DNA of 63,992 bases, filler included, from Candidatus Hydrogenedentota bacterium (GTDB lineage: Bacteria; JBFMHD01), in assembly GCA_040752395.1 (NCBI GenBank). It is 12 parts of 12 records of this genome, joined end to end, with 100 filler letters (N's around TTAATTAATTAA, not from the genome) between each part and the next. Parts side by side here need not be neighbours in the genome. Positions count along the whole stretch, not along the records: positions 51,076 to 56,501 come from JBFMHD010000189.1; positions 56,602 to 62,005 come from JBFMHD010000190.1; 10 more parts are not named here. One strand, given 5' to 3'. The notes under the pieces were generated by a model that was given only the letters and a program-made list of their open reading frames with translations, ran no database searches and was not told the origin of the DNA. Shown here in pieces: positions 50,976 through 60,218 of this stretch (position 1 is the first letter of the stretch; every line of letters starts with the position of its first letter). The position numbers were made by a program, and so were the translations under genes.

Positions 50976-51202
50976 NNNNNNNNNNNNNNNNNNNNNNNNN
51001 NNNNNNNNNNNNNNNNNNNTTAATTAATTAANNNNNNNNNNNNNNNNNNNNNNNNNNNNNNNNNNNNNNNNNNNNTCTAGAACACTCAAAAATATAAGAG
51101 ATATTCCAGATAGCCTCTCTTCACCTAAGCTTGTAAGCACTATTATACACTATTGCTTTCTTTATCACTCTTTTTATTTACACAATTTTTCTATTGACAT
51201 CC

Positions 51203-51379
51203 TGAAAAGAGTCGTGAGTCAAAACAAGACTCAAGACTTTTTAGCAGGCTCCGGGCTTCGGGCTCCAGCCGGCTGTAGTCCGTAGCCTGTAGCCTGTCCT
51301 GATACCTCTCACTTCTTCCGTTATCTTGCTTCTTGCCTCTATTTGATATTATTAGAGTTACAACGTTTTTCAGAGGAGG
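51203..51379 (+). repeat. Mosaic element (E-B-F-G-terminal)
   Basis: Terminal module 51348-51379. Confidence 0.9.
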
Positions 51380-51380
51380 G

Positions 51381-51480
51381 AAGAAAAAGGACAGGGTTAT
51401 CGCCAATTTAGGGAGGCAGGATATTGAGGGAAGAAAAAAATCAGGAAGGCTACTGAAAAGTTTAAGAAAATTTACTGCCA
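51381..51480 (+). pseudogene. IS1634-like transposase N-terminal remnant
   Basis: KKKDRVIANLGR. Confidence 0.4.
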
Positions 51481-51591
51481 GATGTATCAAAAGAAATAGT
51501 GAAATTTACTCCTTAAAAGACTACAAAATAGGGGCTGGGGGACAATATCAATTTTTCTCCGACGAGAACTTTCTTTCTTCGTGGAACTTGG

Positions 51592-51679
51592 GTTTAACAA
51601 ACAACGCTTTCTGACGCTAAAGACGTTCCGTTAGCTTAGGGTCACGGCGAATGTCGTGAACAGAAAGCCTACGTTATCT
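51592..51679. other. attC-like recombination site
   Basis: GTTTAAC...GCTTTCTG/CAGAAAGC stem...GTTATCT, overlapping the vapC stop. Confidence 0.5.
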
Positions 51680-52069
51680 GTTATGACGGCTTTTTTTCTT
51701 CTTAAAATATTTTACATTTGGTAAATTTTTAAAATCATTATCCTGTGTCCATACCTCTGCTTGATTTATTCTTGCTGTTGCATATACAATACTATCAGCC
51801 ATCGGAATTTTATATTCACAACTTATTTTTGCCGCAGTTAAAGATATATCTTCATCTAACAATATATTCTTATATCTTTTTAACTGTGCTATAACCTGCA
51901 AAGCCTATTCTTCACCTGCTTCAAGTAATATCTTTTTAAATATTTCATATAAAATTATTGTAGGTATTATTATATTACCTTCATTTTCTAATATCTCATC
52001 TGAAAAAATTTTAGAATTTGGTCCATCAGTAAAATATTCAACTCATCCGCTTGAATCTATTAATATCAT
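51674..52069 (-). pseudogene. vapC: VapC (PIN) toxin with two in-frame stops
   Basis: MILIDSSG*VEYF...GEE*ALQ...MADSIVYATA..WTQDNDF. Confidence 0.8.
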
Positions 52070-52275
52070 ATTCTGTCATCCCTCTCTCTATCTATATCTG
52101 TATTTATTCCTTTTATAAAACCTTTCATTGTTTTTATATCTTTTCCTAATACCATTTCGATCCTTCCATTATATGGTATCATAACCATTTTTTCACCGGG
52201 TTTTATTTTATAATACTTCCGAATATCCTTTGGAATTACCACTTGATATTTTGGTGATACTAATACTTGTTCCAT
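52066..52275 (-). CDS. AbrB/MazE-type antitoxin
   Basis: VSPKYQVVIPKDIR; ATG 52275 after GGAGG. Confidence 0.85.
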   Translation of the reverse strand: MEQVLVSPKYQVVIPKDIRKYYKIKPGEKMVMIPYNGRIEMVLGKDIKTMKGFIKGINTDIDRERDDRI

Positions 52276-52416
52276 TTTGTTACCTCCAAATCGATATATA
52301 TTATGTGTTACTATAATAGCATCGATATTAATCTTTGCCAACTATTTTTTCGATTTTGTTTTTAAACCTATAGTAAATTTGATTTATGAATAATCAGTCA
52401 TTCATAAGTATAATCT

Positions 52417-53739
52417 ATGAAAAACAGGGATGATTGTCAAGAAAAATTAGTTCAGGCCTGCCTGAACTCTTCCCTTAAATTTTTCATTGATTTTCCATAC
52501 GTTTTTTACTATCTTTCGCTTATGAACGATTATTATATTATTATAGCCTCCAATGAAAAGTATGGAATATGTGAATATTCTCAAAAGCCAGAATGCAAAG
52601 CTCCGGGAGAAAAGTGTCCGTCATTTACAACTCACTATACTCTTTACGATGAATTGCCTATCTATGCTGCGGAGTTGCAAGAGTGGGAACCGAGGGTTTC
52701 TGAGGAATTTTTCAGATGTGCAGCCGGGATTTGCTATTGTGGGGAACCGAAACGAACAGGCGAAGTAATCAGAGCAGTTTCCAACCGGACAAAGGCTTTA
52801 AGGAAAATGTGGGAGGAAAAGGAGAAACCTCTCCCTAATTCCGTCATAGAACAAGATCCATGGGAAATCATTATCCGGAGTTTAGGTATTAGTAGTAAAA
52901 AGGTGCTTAGCTCGATATTACAACTTTGCCAATTGGAATTACAGGGATCCCAAGACGAGTTATTTAAAGCTATTCAATCAGTTCAATCTAAACTCAGGTT
53001 TGATATTGGTGTATCATGGCCAACGATAGATGAAATTTGTGAATTTGCAGAGAGAGCTGGGCTCGCTGCAAAATTAACAGGAGCAGGAGCTGGTAGTGAT
53101 GTAGTGGTTTTTGGCAAAACAAAAGCACAAGTTGGTAATTTTCTTAGAGGACTGGTGATTAAGCGAAGAGGGAGAAAGTATAATCCGATCCTTCATTTTA
53201 AACAATCTTACTGGGCAGATGGAGATTTCACCTCGTCTCCTGTTTCATTTATCAAGAATGAACCAAGGAATATTTTGTTCAAAATTGATGTTTCAGAGAG
53301 AAGCCAAAATAGAAGAAAGGTCACAGAAGAGCTAAATCGAATTAAAGGAGAATTATTGAAAAAAACAAACGGAATAGAAATTTATCCAGCTGGCGATGGA
53401 TTTGTTGCCTCTTTCACCTGGCCGGAGGATGCATTAGAGATGGCAAGGCGCCTTTATAGGAGAATTGAAATAGAAGTACCAGAAGCTATATTGAGGGTTG
53501 GCGTTTTTTCAGGAATAAAAGATTTCTACAAATATCCTGGCGGTAAGGAAATGGAAGAATTTGTCCATGTCACACATATAGAAGAGGCGTTAAAGGAACT
53601 CAATAAGGAAAACCATGTATTGATTTGTAAAAATACTTATGAAAGACTTCCACAAGAATGGCAAAAGGAATTTGAAGAATCTATCAAAGTTCGTAATAAA
53701 ATTCCCACTTATATAACTCGAAAACCATGGATCATATAA
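52417..53739 (+). CDS. GHMP-kinase C-terminal-like region fused to a class III nucleotide cyclase-like domain
   Basis: AKLTGAGAGS; ILFKIDV, AGDGFVASF, ALEMA, LRVGV, HIE, VLICKNTYERL. Confidence 0.6.
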   Translation: MKNRDDCQEKLVQACLNSSLKFFIDFPYVFYYLSLMNDYYIIIASNEKYGICEYSQKPECKAPGEKCPSFTTHYTLYDELPIYAAELQEWEPRVSEEFFRCAAGICYCGEPKRTGEVIRAVSNRTKALRKMWEEKEKPLPNSVIEQDPWEIIIRSLGISSKKVLSSILQLCQLELQGSQDELFKAIQSVQSKLRFDIGVSWPTIDEICEFAERAGLAAKLTGAGAGSDVVVFGKTKAQVGNFLRGLVIKRRGRKYNPILHFKQSYWADGDFTSSPVSFIKNEPRNILFKIDVSERSQNRRKVTEELNRIKGELLKKTNGIEIYPAGDGFVASFTWPEDALEMARRLYRRIEIEVPEAILRVGVFSGIKDFYKYPGGKEMEEFVHVTHIEEALKELNKENHVLICKNTYERLPQEWQKEFEESIKVRNKIPTYITRKPWII

Positions 53740-53772
53740 AGGACTTTACAAATGAGCAAGCTTGTCAACTTC

Positions 53773-53863
53773 GGCTAACAGAGCGTATCTGGCTATGTGC
53801 CTTCGGCACTCCGTCTAAATCCAGCCTATCGGCTGGACTTCAGATACGTTCGGAACGTTATAT
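53773..53863 (+). other. attC-like recombination site
   Basis: GGCTAAC-AGAG-CGTATCTG...CAGATACG-N8-GTTATAT with two internal hairpins. Confidence 0.6.
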
Positions 53864-53908
53864 GGAATTCGGCAACATAAAAAGATTGGGAAATTGAGGT
53901 AATCTGTA

Positions 53909-53989
53909 ATGGAGGGAAAAGAAAAGTTGAAATTATATCTGAAAACAACTATTCCTAACTATAAATTTGCTGAATTAAAGAATATCTAA
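53909..53989 (+). pseudogene. PIN-domain N-terminal stub
   Basis: MEGKEKLKLYLKTTIPNY, preceded by GAGG. Confidence 0.35.
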
Positions 53990-54008
53990 AAAGAAACTGA
54001 AGTATCCT

Positions 54009-55151
54009 GTGTTAAAAATAGCTATTGATTGCAGAGAACTTGAAAAAATAAGATTTGGTATCGGTAGGTTTGTTAAAGGAATAATTGATTATCTTAATAA
54101 CTATCCAGTAGATATTGACATAACGTTAATCGTGTATGAGGGATATGATAAAACTCTATTTGATCTTAGCAAATACAGACTTATGGTATTTAAAAAGAAT
54201 TATCCCTTAATTATATTAGACCATATAATTATTCCGATTGAACTTAAAAAACATACCATAGATTTATTTTATTCGCCATATTATAAAATACCGATAAGAG
54301 GTAGATTTAAAAAAATAGGAATGATACATGATCTAAATATTATAAAAAGAGAGGTCGGTTACCCTCTCTGGAAACGGCTTTTATATAGATATCTTTTTAA
54401 GTTTTATTCAAGACAGATGAACAAAATAGTAACAGATAGTAATTATTCAAAACAGGATATAATTAATTATTTAAAGGTTGATGAAAAAAAAGTAAAAGTT
54501 ATATCTATACCGCTTGATAAAATATTTTTAATAGACTCTGCCCCTGGTCGCGAGCAGCAAACCAGAGATATATTCTTGTTTGTCGGTAATATTTTAAAAC
54601 ATAAAAATATTGAATTCCTTTTAAAAGTATATTCAAAACTTGAAACCTCTATAAGAAAGAGATATAAACTTATACTTGCAGGAAAGATAAATGATTATTA
54701 TAAAAAAAGACTGGAACGTTTGGGGTATTCTTTTGGACTTGGTAAAGAAGAGTTTGAGTTTTCTGGTTTTGTATCTGAAGAAGAGCTCGTCAATTTATAC
54801 AGAAGAGCAAAGATATTTTTGTTCCCTTCGTTGCTTGAGGGGTTTGGTGTGCCAGTAGTAGAAGCACAGGCTATGGGTGTCCCTGTTATCGCATCTGATA
54901 GGACATCTATACCTGAGGTTGCTTGTAATGCCGCGGTTTTATTGAATCCGTATAATGTGGATGAATGGGTTGAAACGATTCTAAAATTATTGAATAATGA
55001 AAATTTCAGGGATGAATTAATAAAAAGAGGCAAGAGTAATGTATCAAGGTTTAGTTTAGATAAGATTGGTTTGGAATTTTTTGATTTTATCCGCAACCAG
55101 GTCGTTTATTCTAACTCCGAACCCCAAACTTTTTCGCAGGAGTCAACATGA
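54009..55151 (+). CDS. GT4 glycosyltransferase
   Basis: IAIDCR, IHDL, HKN, FPSLLEGFGVPVVEA. Confidence 0.9.
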   Translation: MLKIAIDCRELEKIRFGIGRFVKGIIDYLNNYPVDIDITLIVYEGYDKTLFDLSKYRLMVFKKNYPLIILDHIIIPIELKKHTIDLFYSPYYKIPIRGRFKKIGMIHDLNIIKREVGYPLWKRLLYRYLFKFYSRQMNKIVTDSNYSKQDIINYLKVDEKKVKVISIPLDKIFLIDSAPGREQQTRDIFLFVGNILKHKNIEFLLKVYSKLETSIRKRYKLILAGKINDYYKKRLERLGYSFGLGKEEFEFSGFVSEEELVNLYRRAKIFLFPSLLEGFGVPVVEAQAMGVPVIASDRTSIPEVACNAAVLLNPYNVDEWVETILKLLNNENFRDELIKRGKSNVSRFSLDKIGLEFFDFIRNQVVYSNSEPQTFSQEST

Positions 55152-55398
55152 GCGCTTTTGCGCTCTACACTATTGTGTTATTGTGTTATTGTGTTATTGG
55201 GTTATTGCGTTTTTGCGCTCTACACAATATATGAAAAACTAAAGATGATATGAAAAGAGTCGTGAGTCAAAACAGGACTCGAGACTCAAGACTCAAGACT
55301 TTTCAGCAGGCTTTGGGCTTTTGACTCCAGCCGGCTGTAGTCCGTAGCCCCTAGCCTGTACCCCGAATTATTAGAGTTACAGCGTTTTTCAAAGGAGG
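55110..55398 (+). repeat. Complete mosaic element between two GT genes; supplies the upstream stop and the downstream SD
   Basis: AACTCCG heptamers, TTTTTCGCAGGAG, D-C-E-B, terminal module 55367-55398. Confidence 0.9.
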
Positions 55399-55402
55399 CC
55401 TT

Positions 55403-56353
55403 ATGTATAGAGATAAAAAAGTCGCGCTTGTTATACCTGCATATAATGAAGAAAAATTAATTCGACCCACTTTGCTTAATGTCCCGACAATAATAGACCA
55501 TATATATGTGATAAATGATGGCTCAATTGATAAGACAGAAGAGGTTGTAAAAGAAATGGCAAAAAATGATCCAAGAATTGAACTTATTAATCAAAAGAAA
55601 AATATGGGTGTTGGTGAGGCCATAATTACAGGATATAAAAGAGTGTTAAATGATGGTTACGATATCGCTGTTGTAGTTGGTGGTGATTACCAGATGCCAC
55701 TTAATGAAGTAAAAAATTTTTTAGACCCGTTAATTGAAAAAAGAGCTGATTATACTAAGGGAAACAGATTTTTGCCAGGGATGGGTGCTTTTGATCGGAT
55801 GCCAAAGATAAGATTAATAGGTAATATGTTGATAACTGCAATGACAAAAATTTCATCAGGTTATTATAATTTACTTGATGTTGTAGATGGTTATACCGCA
55901 ATCACAAGAGATACGATTAAACTTATAAACTGGGATATCGCATGGAAAGGTTATGGTTATCCTATGGATTTTCTTATTAGATTAAATACTGTGGGTGCAC
56001 GAATTCTTGATATACCACGAAGCGCTATTTATCTTGAGGGTGAGAGACAAAGCCAGATTAAAGGGTTAAGATATGCTATAAAAGTATCACCTATGCTTCT
56101 GCGTGGCTATTTCTGGCGATTATTTACAAAATATGGTTTTTATAATTTTCATCCGCTTTTGTTATTTTTTATTTGTGGTCTAACTTTTTTACCAGCAGGT
56201 TTAATTTTTGGGTTCTATCTTGTATATAAACAGTTTTTCATACAGATAGGGGTTAGTGGTCCGCAAGCGGTTTTTTGTGCACTCTTAATTATTACTGGTT
56301 TACAGTTTCTATTATTTGGTATGCTTTTTGATATGCATGAGAACAAGAGTTAA
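55403..56353 (+). CDS. GT2 glycosyltransferase (DPM1-like) with C-terminal TMs
   Basis: VIPAYNEE, NDGSID, KGNRF. Confidence 0.9.
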   Translation: MYRDKKVALVIPAYNEEKLIRPTLLNVPTIIDHIYVINDGSIDKTEEVVKEMAKNDPRIELINQKKNMGVGEAIITGYKRVLNDGYDIAVVVGGDYQMPLNEVKNFLDPLIEKRADYTKGNRFLPGMGAFDRMPKIRLIGNMLITAMTKISSGYYNLLDVVDGYTAITRDTIKLINWDIAWKGYGYPMDFLIRLNTVGARILDIPRSAIYLEGERQSQIKGLRYAIKVSPMLLRGYFWRLFTKYGFYNFHPLLLFFICGLTFLPAGLIFGFYLVYKQFFIQIGVSGPQAVFCALLIITGLQFLLFGMLFDMHENKS

Positions 56354-56371
56354 AGTAAATTTTACCCATCA

Positions 56372-56501
56372 CTGAGAACGTGTGAAAAAATTGTAGTGAG
56401 CATCTTTAGATGCGTTTTTAAGATGAGGTATTTATATTATTTTTAACAGATTATTAAAACGGGTCTTGGGACCCTCCCTACATTTAATATATTTTTTCAC
56501 A
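56372..56501. mobile_element. MITE-like element, second copy (right end at gap)
   Basis: CTGAGAACGTGTGAAAAAAT ... ATTTTTTCACA. Confidence 0.55.
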
Positions 56502-56601
56502 NNNNNNNNNNNNNNNNNNNNNNNNNNNNNNNNNNNNNNNNNNNNTTAATTAATTAANNNNNNNNNNNNNNNNNNNNNNNNNNNNNNNNNNNNNNNNNNN
56601 N

Positions 56602-57430
56602 TTTTTATTTTGTTTTTTCCTATCTCTCTGAAAAATATAACAATCAAAGCATCTTTATGTTCTCTGAGATAATTTATTAGATCCTCGGTATCACCAGCGG
56701 TCGCACGTATTTTTTTCATATCATTCATTGTTAAATAAGAATAAATACAGAGATTATCTTTTGTTAAAAGAGCACGTTTAAGAACTATTCCAGCAAGTTT
56801 TAATGAAGAACTTGAACGGGATTGATATATTTGCTGGTATATAGAAAAAGGGTCCAGACCATAACTGAGTAAATCACCTGCAATTGTCATAGCTTCTTTA
56901 GTCGTATTATTCTGTGAGAAGTTCCCTGTATCAACCACAAAACCGACATATAACCATAGAGCAATGGTTTTCTCTATAGGGATTTTAGTGTATTTCAAAA
57001 AATTATAGATAATCTCTGAAGTCGATGAGGCATTAACATCTGTTATAGATAGTGAAACCACGTCTTCACCAGACTGGTGATGGTCAATAATAACAATTGC
57101 GCTGCATTTATTTCTATCTATAAAATGACGCATCCTGCCTATTCTATTAAGTGAATTTGTATCAGTTATAATTAAAAGGTCAAAGTTCTGACAGAGATAT
57201 TCTTCAGAATACTGTTTTATCGAATCTATTTCTGGCAAAAATTTTATTCTATCCGGGATCCTGTCATCGATTATTACTTCGACTTTTTTATCGTATAATT
57301 TTAGAACCTTTTTCAACGTTAAAGCACTGCCTATACCATCTCCATCAGAATTAATATGGGTAGTAATAAGAAAGGAATCTTTTTGTTCAAATAACTCTTT
57401 TAATTTAAGAAAAATATTATCTTCTATCAT
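56602..57430 (-). CDS. nrnA: DHH-family oligoribonuclease/PAP phosphatase, partial
   Basis: THINSDGDGIGS, IDHH, DTGNF. Confidence 0.88.
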
Positions 57431-57770
57431 CCTTCTTCCATCTATCCATAATAGAAATAATTCTCATTCCATCTCTTATCCTGTGGTCGAGCGCAAATAC
57501 AAGTTCAGGTATCTTTTTTAATCTCAGTCGTTTTTTCAGGATGTATCTTATTTCACCAGAAGATTCATTAAGATAGGATATCTGTTTTTCTTCATCTTCT
57601 TTCTCTAAATTGATAAAACTGATATATACCTTAGCTAAAGAGAGGTCATTTGTTAGAGCCACTTCTATTATTGAGAAAATACCTATTTTTTTTTTTAGAT
57701 CATTATATAATATGTTGTTTATCTCTTGTTGAAAAAGAGATTCAATTTTTTTTAAACGAATTTCATTCAT
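57417..57770 (-). CDS. rbfA: Ribosome-binding factor A
   Basis: DLSLAKVYIS, LRLKKIPELVF; synteny. Confidence 0.9.
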   Translation of the reverse strand: MNEIRLKKIESLFQQEINNILYNDLKKKIGIFSIIEVALTNDLSLAKVYISFINLEKEDEEKQISYLNESSGEIRYILKKRLRLKKIPELVFALDHRIRDGMRIISIMDRWKKDDRR

Positions 57771-58075
57771 GATAATAACTCCGGGTGATAAAACTCTTCT
57801 TTATGTTCAAGTATGTTCATTTCTGAGATTTCCTCGATTATTCTTTTTATTTTCTGTATTCTGTCATTTAAAAAAGAAGAGTCTCCATTTATAAAACTAA
57901 AACCAATTAATCCTAATTTTTTATCATCATTAAAATTTATCTCACAAGCAGAAAAACCAAGATTTTTTGCTTTTTCTAAAAGCGGTAAAACTACCGAGCG
58001 TTTTTCTTTAAGTGACCGAGAATAAGGTATCTGAATCTTTATAATTAATGTATATAATATAATTTTTGTTTTCAT
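57767..58075 (-). CDS. DUF503 (YlxP) protein
   Basis: SLKEKRSV; between infB and rbfA. Confidence 0.8.
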   Translation of the reverse strand: MKTKIILYTLIIKIQIPYSRSLKEKRSVVLPLLEKAKNLGFSACEINFNDDKKLGLIGFSFINGDSSFLNDRIQKIKRIIEEISEMNILEHKEEFYHPELLS

Positions 58076-58094
58076 CTTCTATGTCTCTCATTCG

Positions 58095-60218
58095 TTATGT
58101 ATCAACCTCTTTAGAGATGTAACATTCAAGTATATCTCCTACTTTGATGTCATTAAAATTTTCTACCAGTATCCCGCATTCAAAACCTTCTTTAACTTCT
58201 CGTACATCGTCTTTGAACCTCTTAAGAGAAGCTGGTCTGCCCTCGTAAAGCATAACACCATCCCTGATAATCTTTATTCTGCCTTTTCTATGAATATTCC
58301 CGCTTGTTACCAAACAACCACCAACGGTACCAAGATGCGAGATTTTAAATAGTTCTTTTATCTCAGCTTTACCATACAATTGTTCCACAATCTCAGGTTC
58401 AAGCATACCTTTTATCGCCATTTTTATATCATCAATGATTTGATATATAATATCATAGATTCGTATCTCGACTTTCTCTTTTTTGGCAAGCTCCAAAGCA
58501 CTCTCCAGAGTCCTTACCTGAAACCCAAGTATCATAGCATCTGAGGCACTTGCAAGAAGCACGTCACCATCATTGATAGCTCCGGTGCCGGTCGAAACAA
58601 GATGTACATTGATCTCATCTGTGCTTAATTTCAATAACATATCTGTTAAAGCTTCTACTGATCCTTTTCTGTCTGCTTTTAAAATAATGTTGAGTTGTTG
58701 TTTCACACCCTCTTTAACCTGTTTTGATATCTCTTCGAGTGTTATTTTTTTTCTAACGTTTAATCTGTCTGTTTTAGTCAGCTCTTTTCGCTTCTCAGAT
58801 ATAATTCTCGCTTCCCTTTCAGTTAGTGTAGCAGTTAATTTATCGCCCACCTCAGGTAACTCATTAAACCCAAGTATAAGAACAGGGTGCGAGGGATGAG
58901 CAACAGTAATTGGCTCCATTTTATCGTTAAACATATTTCTTATCTTACCAAAAACAGAACCACAAACAAAAGTATCACCAACTTCTAATGTTCCACGTTT
59001 AACAATCGCAGCACCTATTATACCTATCTTGGGGTCGATCCTTGACTCTATTATAGTAGCAGTGGCTTTTCTATGAGGATTGGCTTTTAATTCCATCATT
59101 TCAGCCTGAAATAATATCGCTTCAAGTAGTTGAGGTACAGCCTCGCCTGTTTTAGCAGATATCTTAATTACAATCGTTTTCCCACCCCATTCCTCAGGTG
59201 TAAGATTATACTCAACAAGTTGCTGTTTAATTCTGTCAGGACTAACATTCGGTAAATCACTTTTATTAATAGCAACGATAATGGGACAATTTGCTGATTG
59301 TGCGTGTCGTATAGCTTCAATTGTTTGTGGCATAATACCATCATCAGCAGCTATTACCAGAACTACAATATCAGTGACCTGTGCTCCGCGTGCCCGCATA
59401 GCTGTAAACGCCTCGTGACCAGGTGTATCTATAAAAGTTATAGTTCTACCATCATCTAAAGTTACCACACTTGCGCCTATATGTTGTGTTATACCACCGG
59501 CTTCAGTAGCAACTATATTTGTTTTTCTTATATAATCGAGCAAAGTTGTTTTGCCGTGGTCAACATGTCCCATCACTGTTACAATTGGTGGTCGTGGCTT
59601 TAAATCATCCACCCTGTCCTCTTCTTCACGACCTTCCTCAATATATAAACCAGAAACCCTGGCCTCAAACCCGAAATCAAGCGCTATTGTAGATGCTGTC
59701 TCTGCATCAATAGGCTGACTGAGCGTACAGAGATATCCTCCATCAACAAGTTTTTTTAAAACTTTAGCAGGTTCTACATTCATCTTTCTTGCAAGATCTC
59801 TAACTAAAATAGGGTTCTGAATCTCAATAACCCTTAATTCTTCTTTCTCTTCTTTTAGTTTACGTTTCTGTTCTGATATAATCTTATTAAGTATAATGTC
59901 TTCTTCTATGACCTCTCTTTGTTTCTTGGTTTTTATTTGTTTTTGGGGTTTCTTTTTTTCGATTTTTTGGGGGATTAAAGGTATCTCTTGCAGAGGTGGA
60001 GGTTTTACTTCAAGTGGTTCAATTTTTTTTTCTTCTTCAATTAAAGCCTTTGGTTTTTGTTTTGCTTTTTTTTCTTTGAACTTGTCTAGAATGAGTTTTA
60101 CAGTTTCATCATCAAGATTCTGCATTCTGTTTTTTACAGTAATGTTTTTATCTTTTAAAAATTCTATTATCGTATCACTTTTAACACCGCATTCTCGAGC
60201 CACTTCAAAAATTCTCAT
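58095..60218 (-). CDS. infB: Translation initiation factor IF-2
   Basis: MGHVDHGKTTLLD, DTPGHEAF, SLKRFKDDV. Confidence 0.98.
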   Translation of the reverse strand: MRIFEVARECGVKSDTIIEFLKDKNITVKNRMQNLDDETVKLILDKFKEKKAKQKPKALIEEEKKIEPLEVKPPPLQEIPLIPQKIEKKKPQKQIKTKKQREVIEEDIILNKIISEQKRKLKEEKEELRVIEIQNPILVRDLARKMNVEPAKVLKKLVDGGYLCTLSQPIDAETASTIALDFGFEARVSGLYIEEGREEEDRVDDLKPRPPIVTVMGHVDHGKTTLLDYIRKTNIVATEAGGITQHIGASVVTLDDGRTITFIDTPGHEAFTAMRARGAQVTDIVVLVIAADDGIMPQTIEAIRHAQSANCPIIVAINKSDLPNVSPDRIKQQLVEYNLTPEEWGGKTIVIKISAKTGEAVPQLLEAILFQAEMMELKANPHRKATATIIESRIDPKIGIIGAAIVKRGTLEVGDTFVCGSVFGKIRNMFNDKMEPITVAHPSHPVLILGFNELPEVGDKLTATLTEREARIISEKRKELTKTDRLNVRKKITLEEISKQVKEGVKQQLNIILKADRKGSVEALTDMLLKLSTDEINVHLVSTGTGAINDGDVLLASASDAMILGFQVRTLESALELAKKEKVEIRIYDIIYQIIDDIKMAIKGMLEPEIVEQLYGKAEIKELFKISHLGTVGGCLVTSGNIHRKGRIKIIRDGVMLYEGRPASLKRFKDDVREVKEGFECGILVENFNDIKVGDILECYISKEVDT

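Noticed and set aside
51906-52045. Stop-codon reassignment (TGA at a Trp position in vapC)
   Set aside because: The same gene also has an in-frame TAG, and many intact genes end in TGA; pseudogene is simpler
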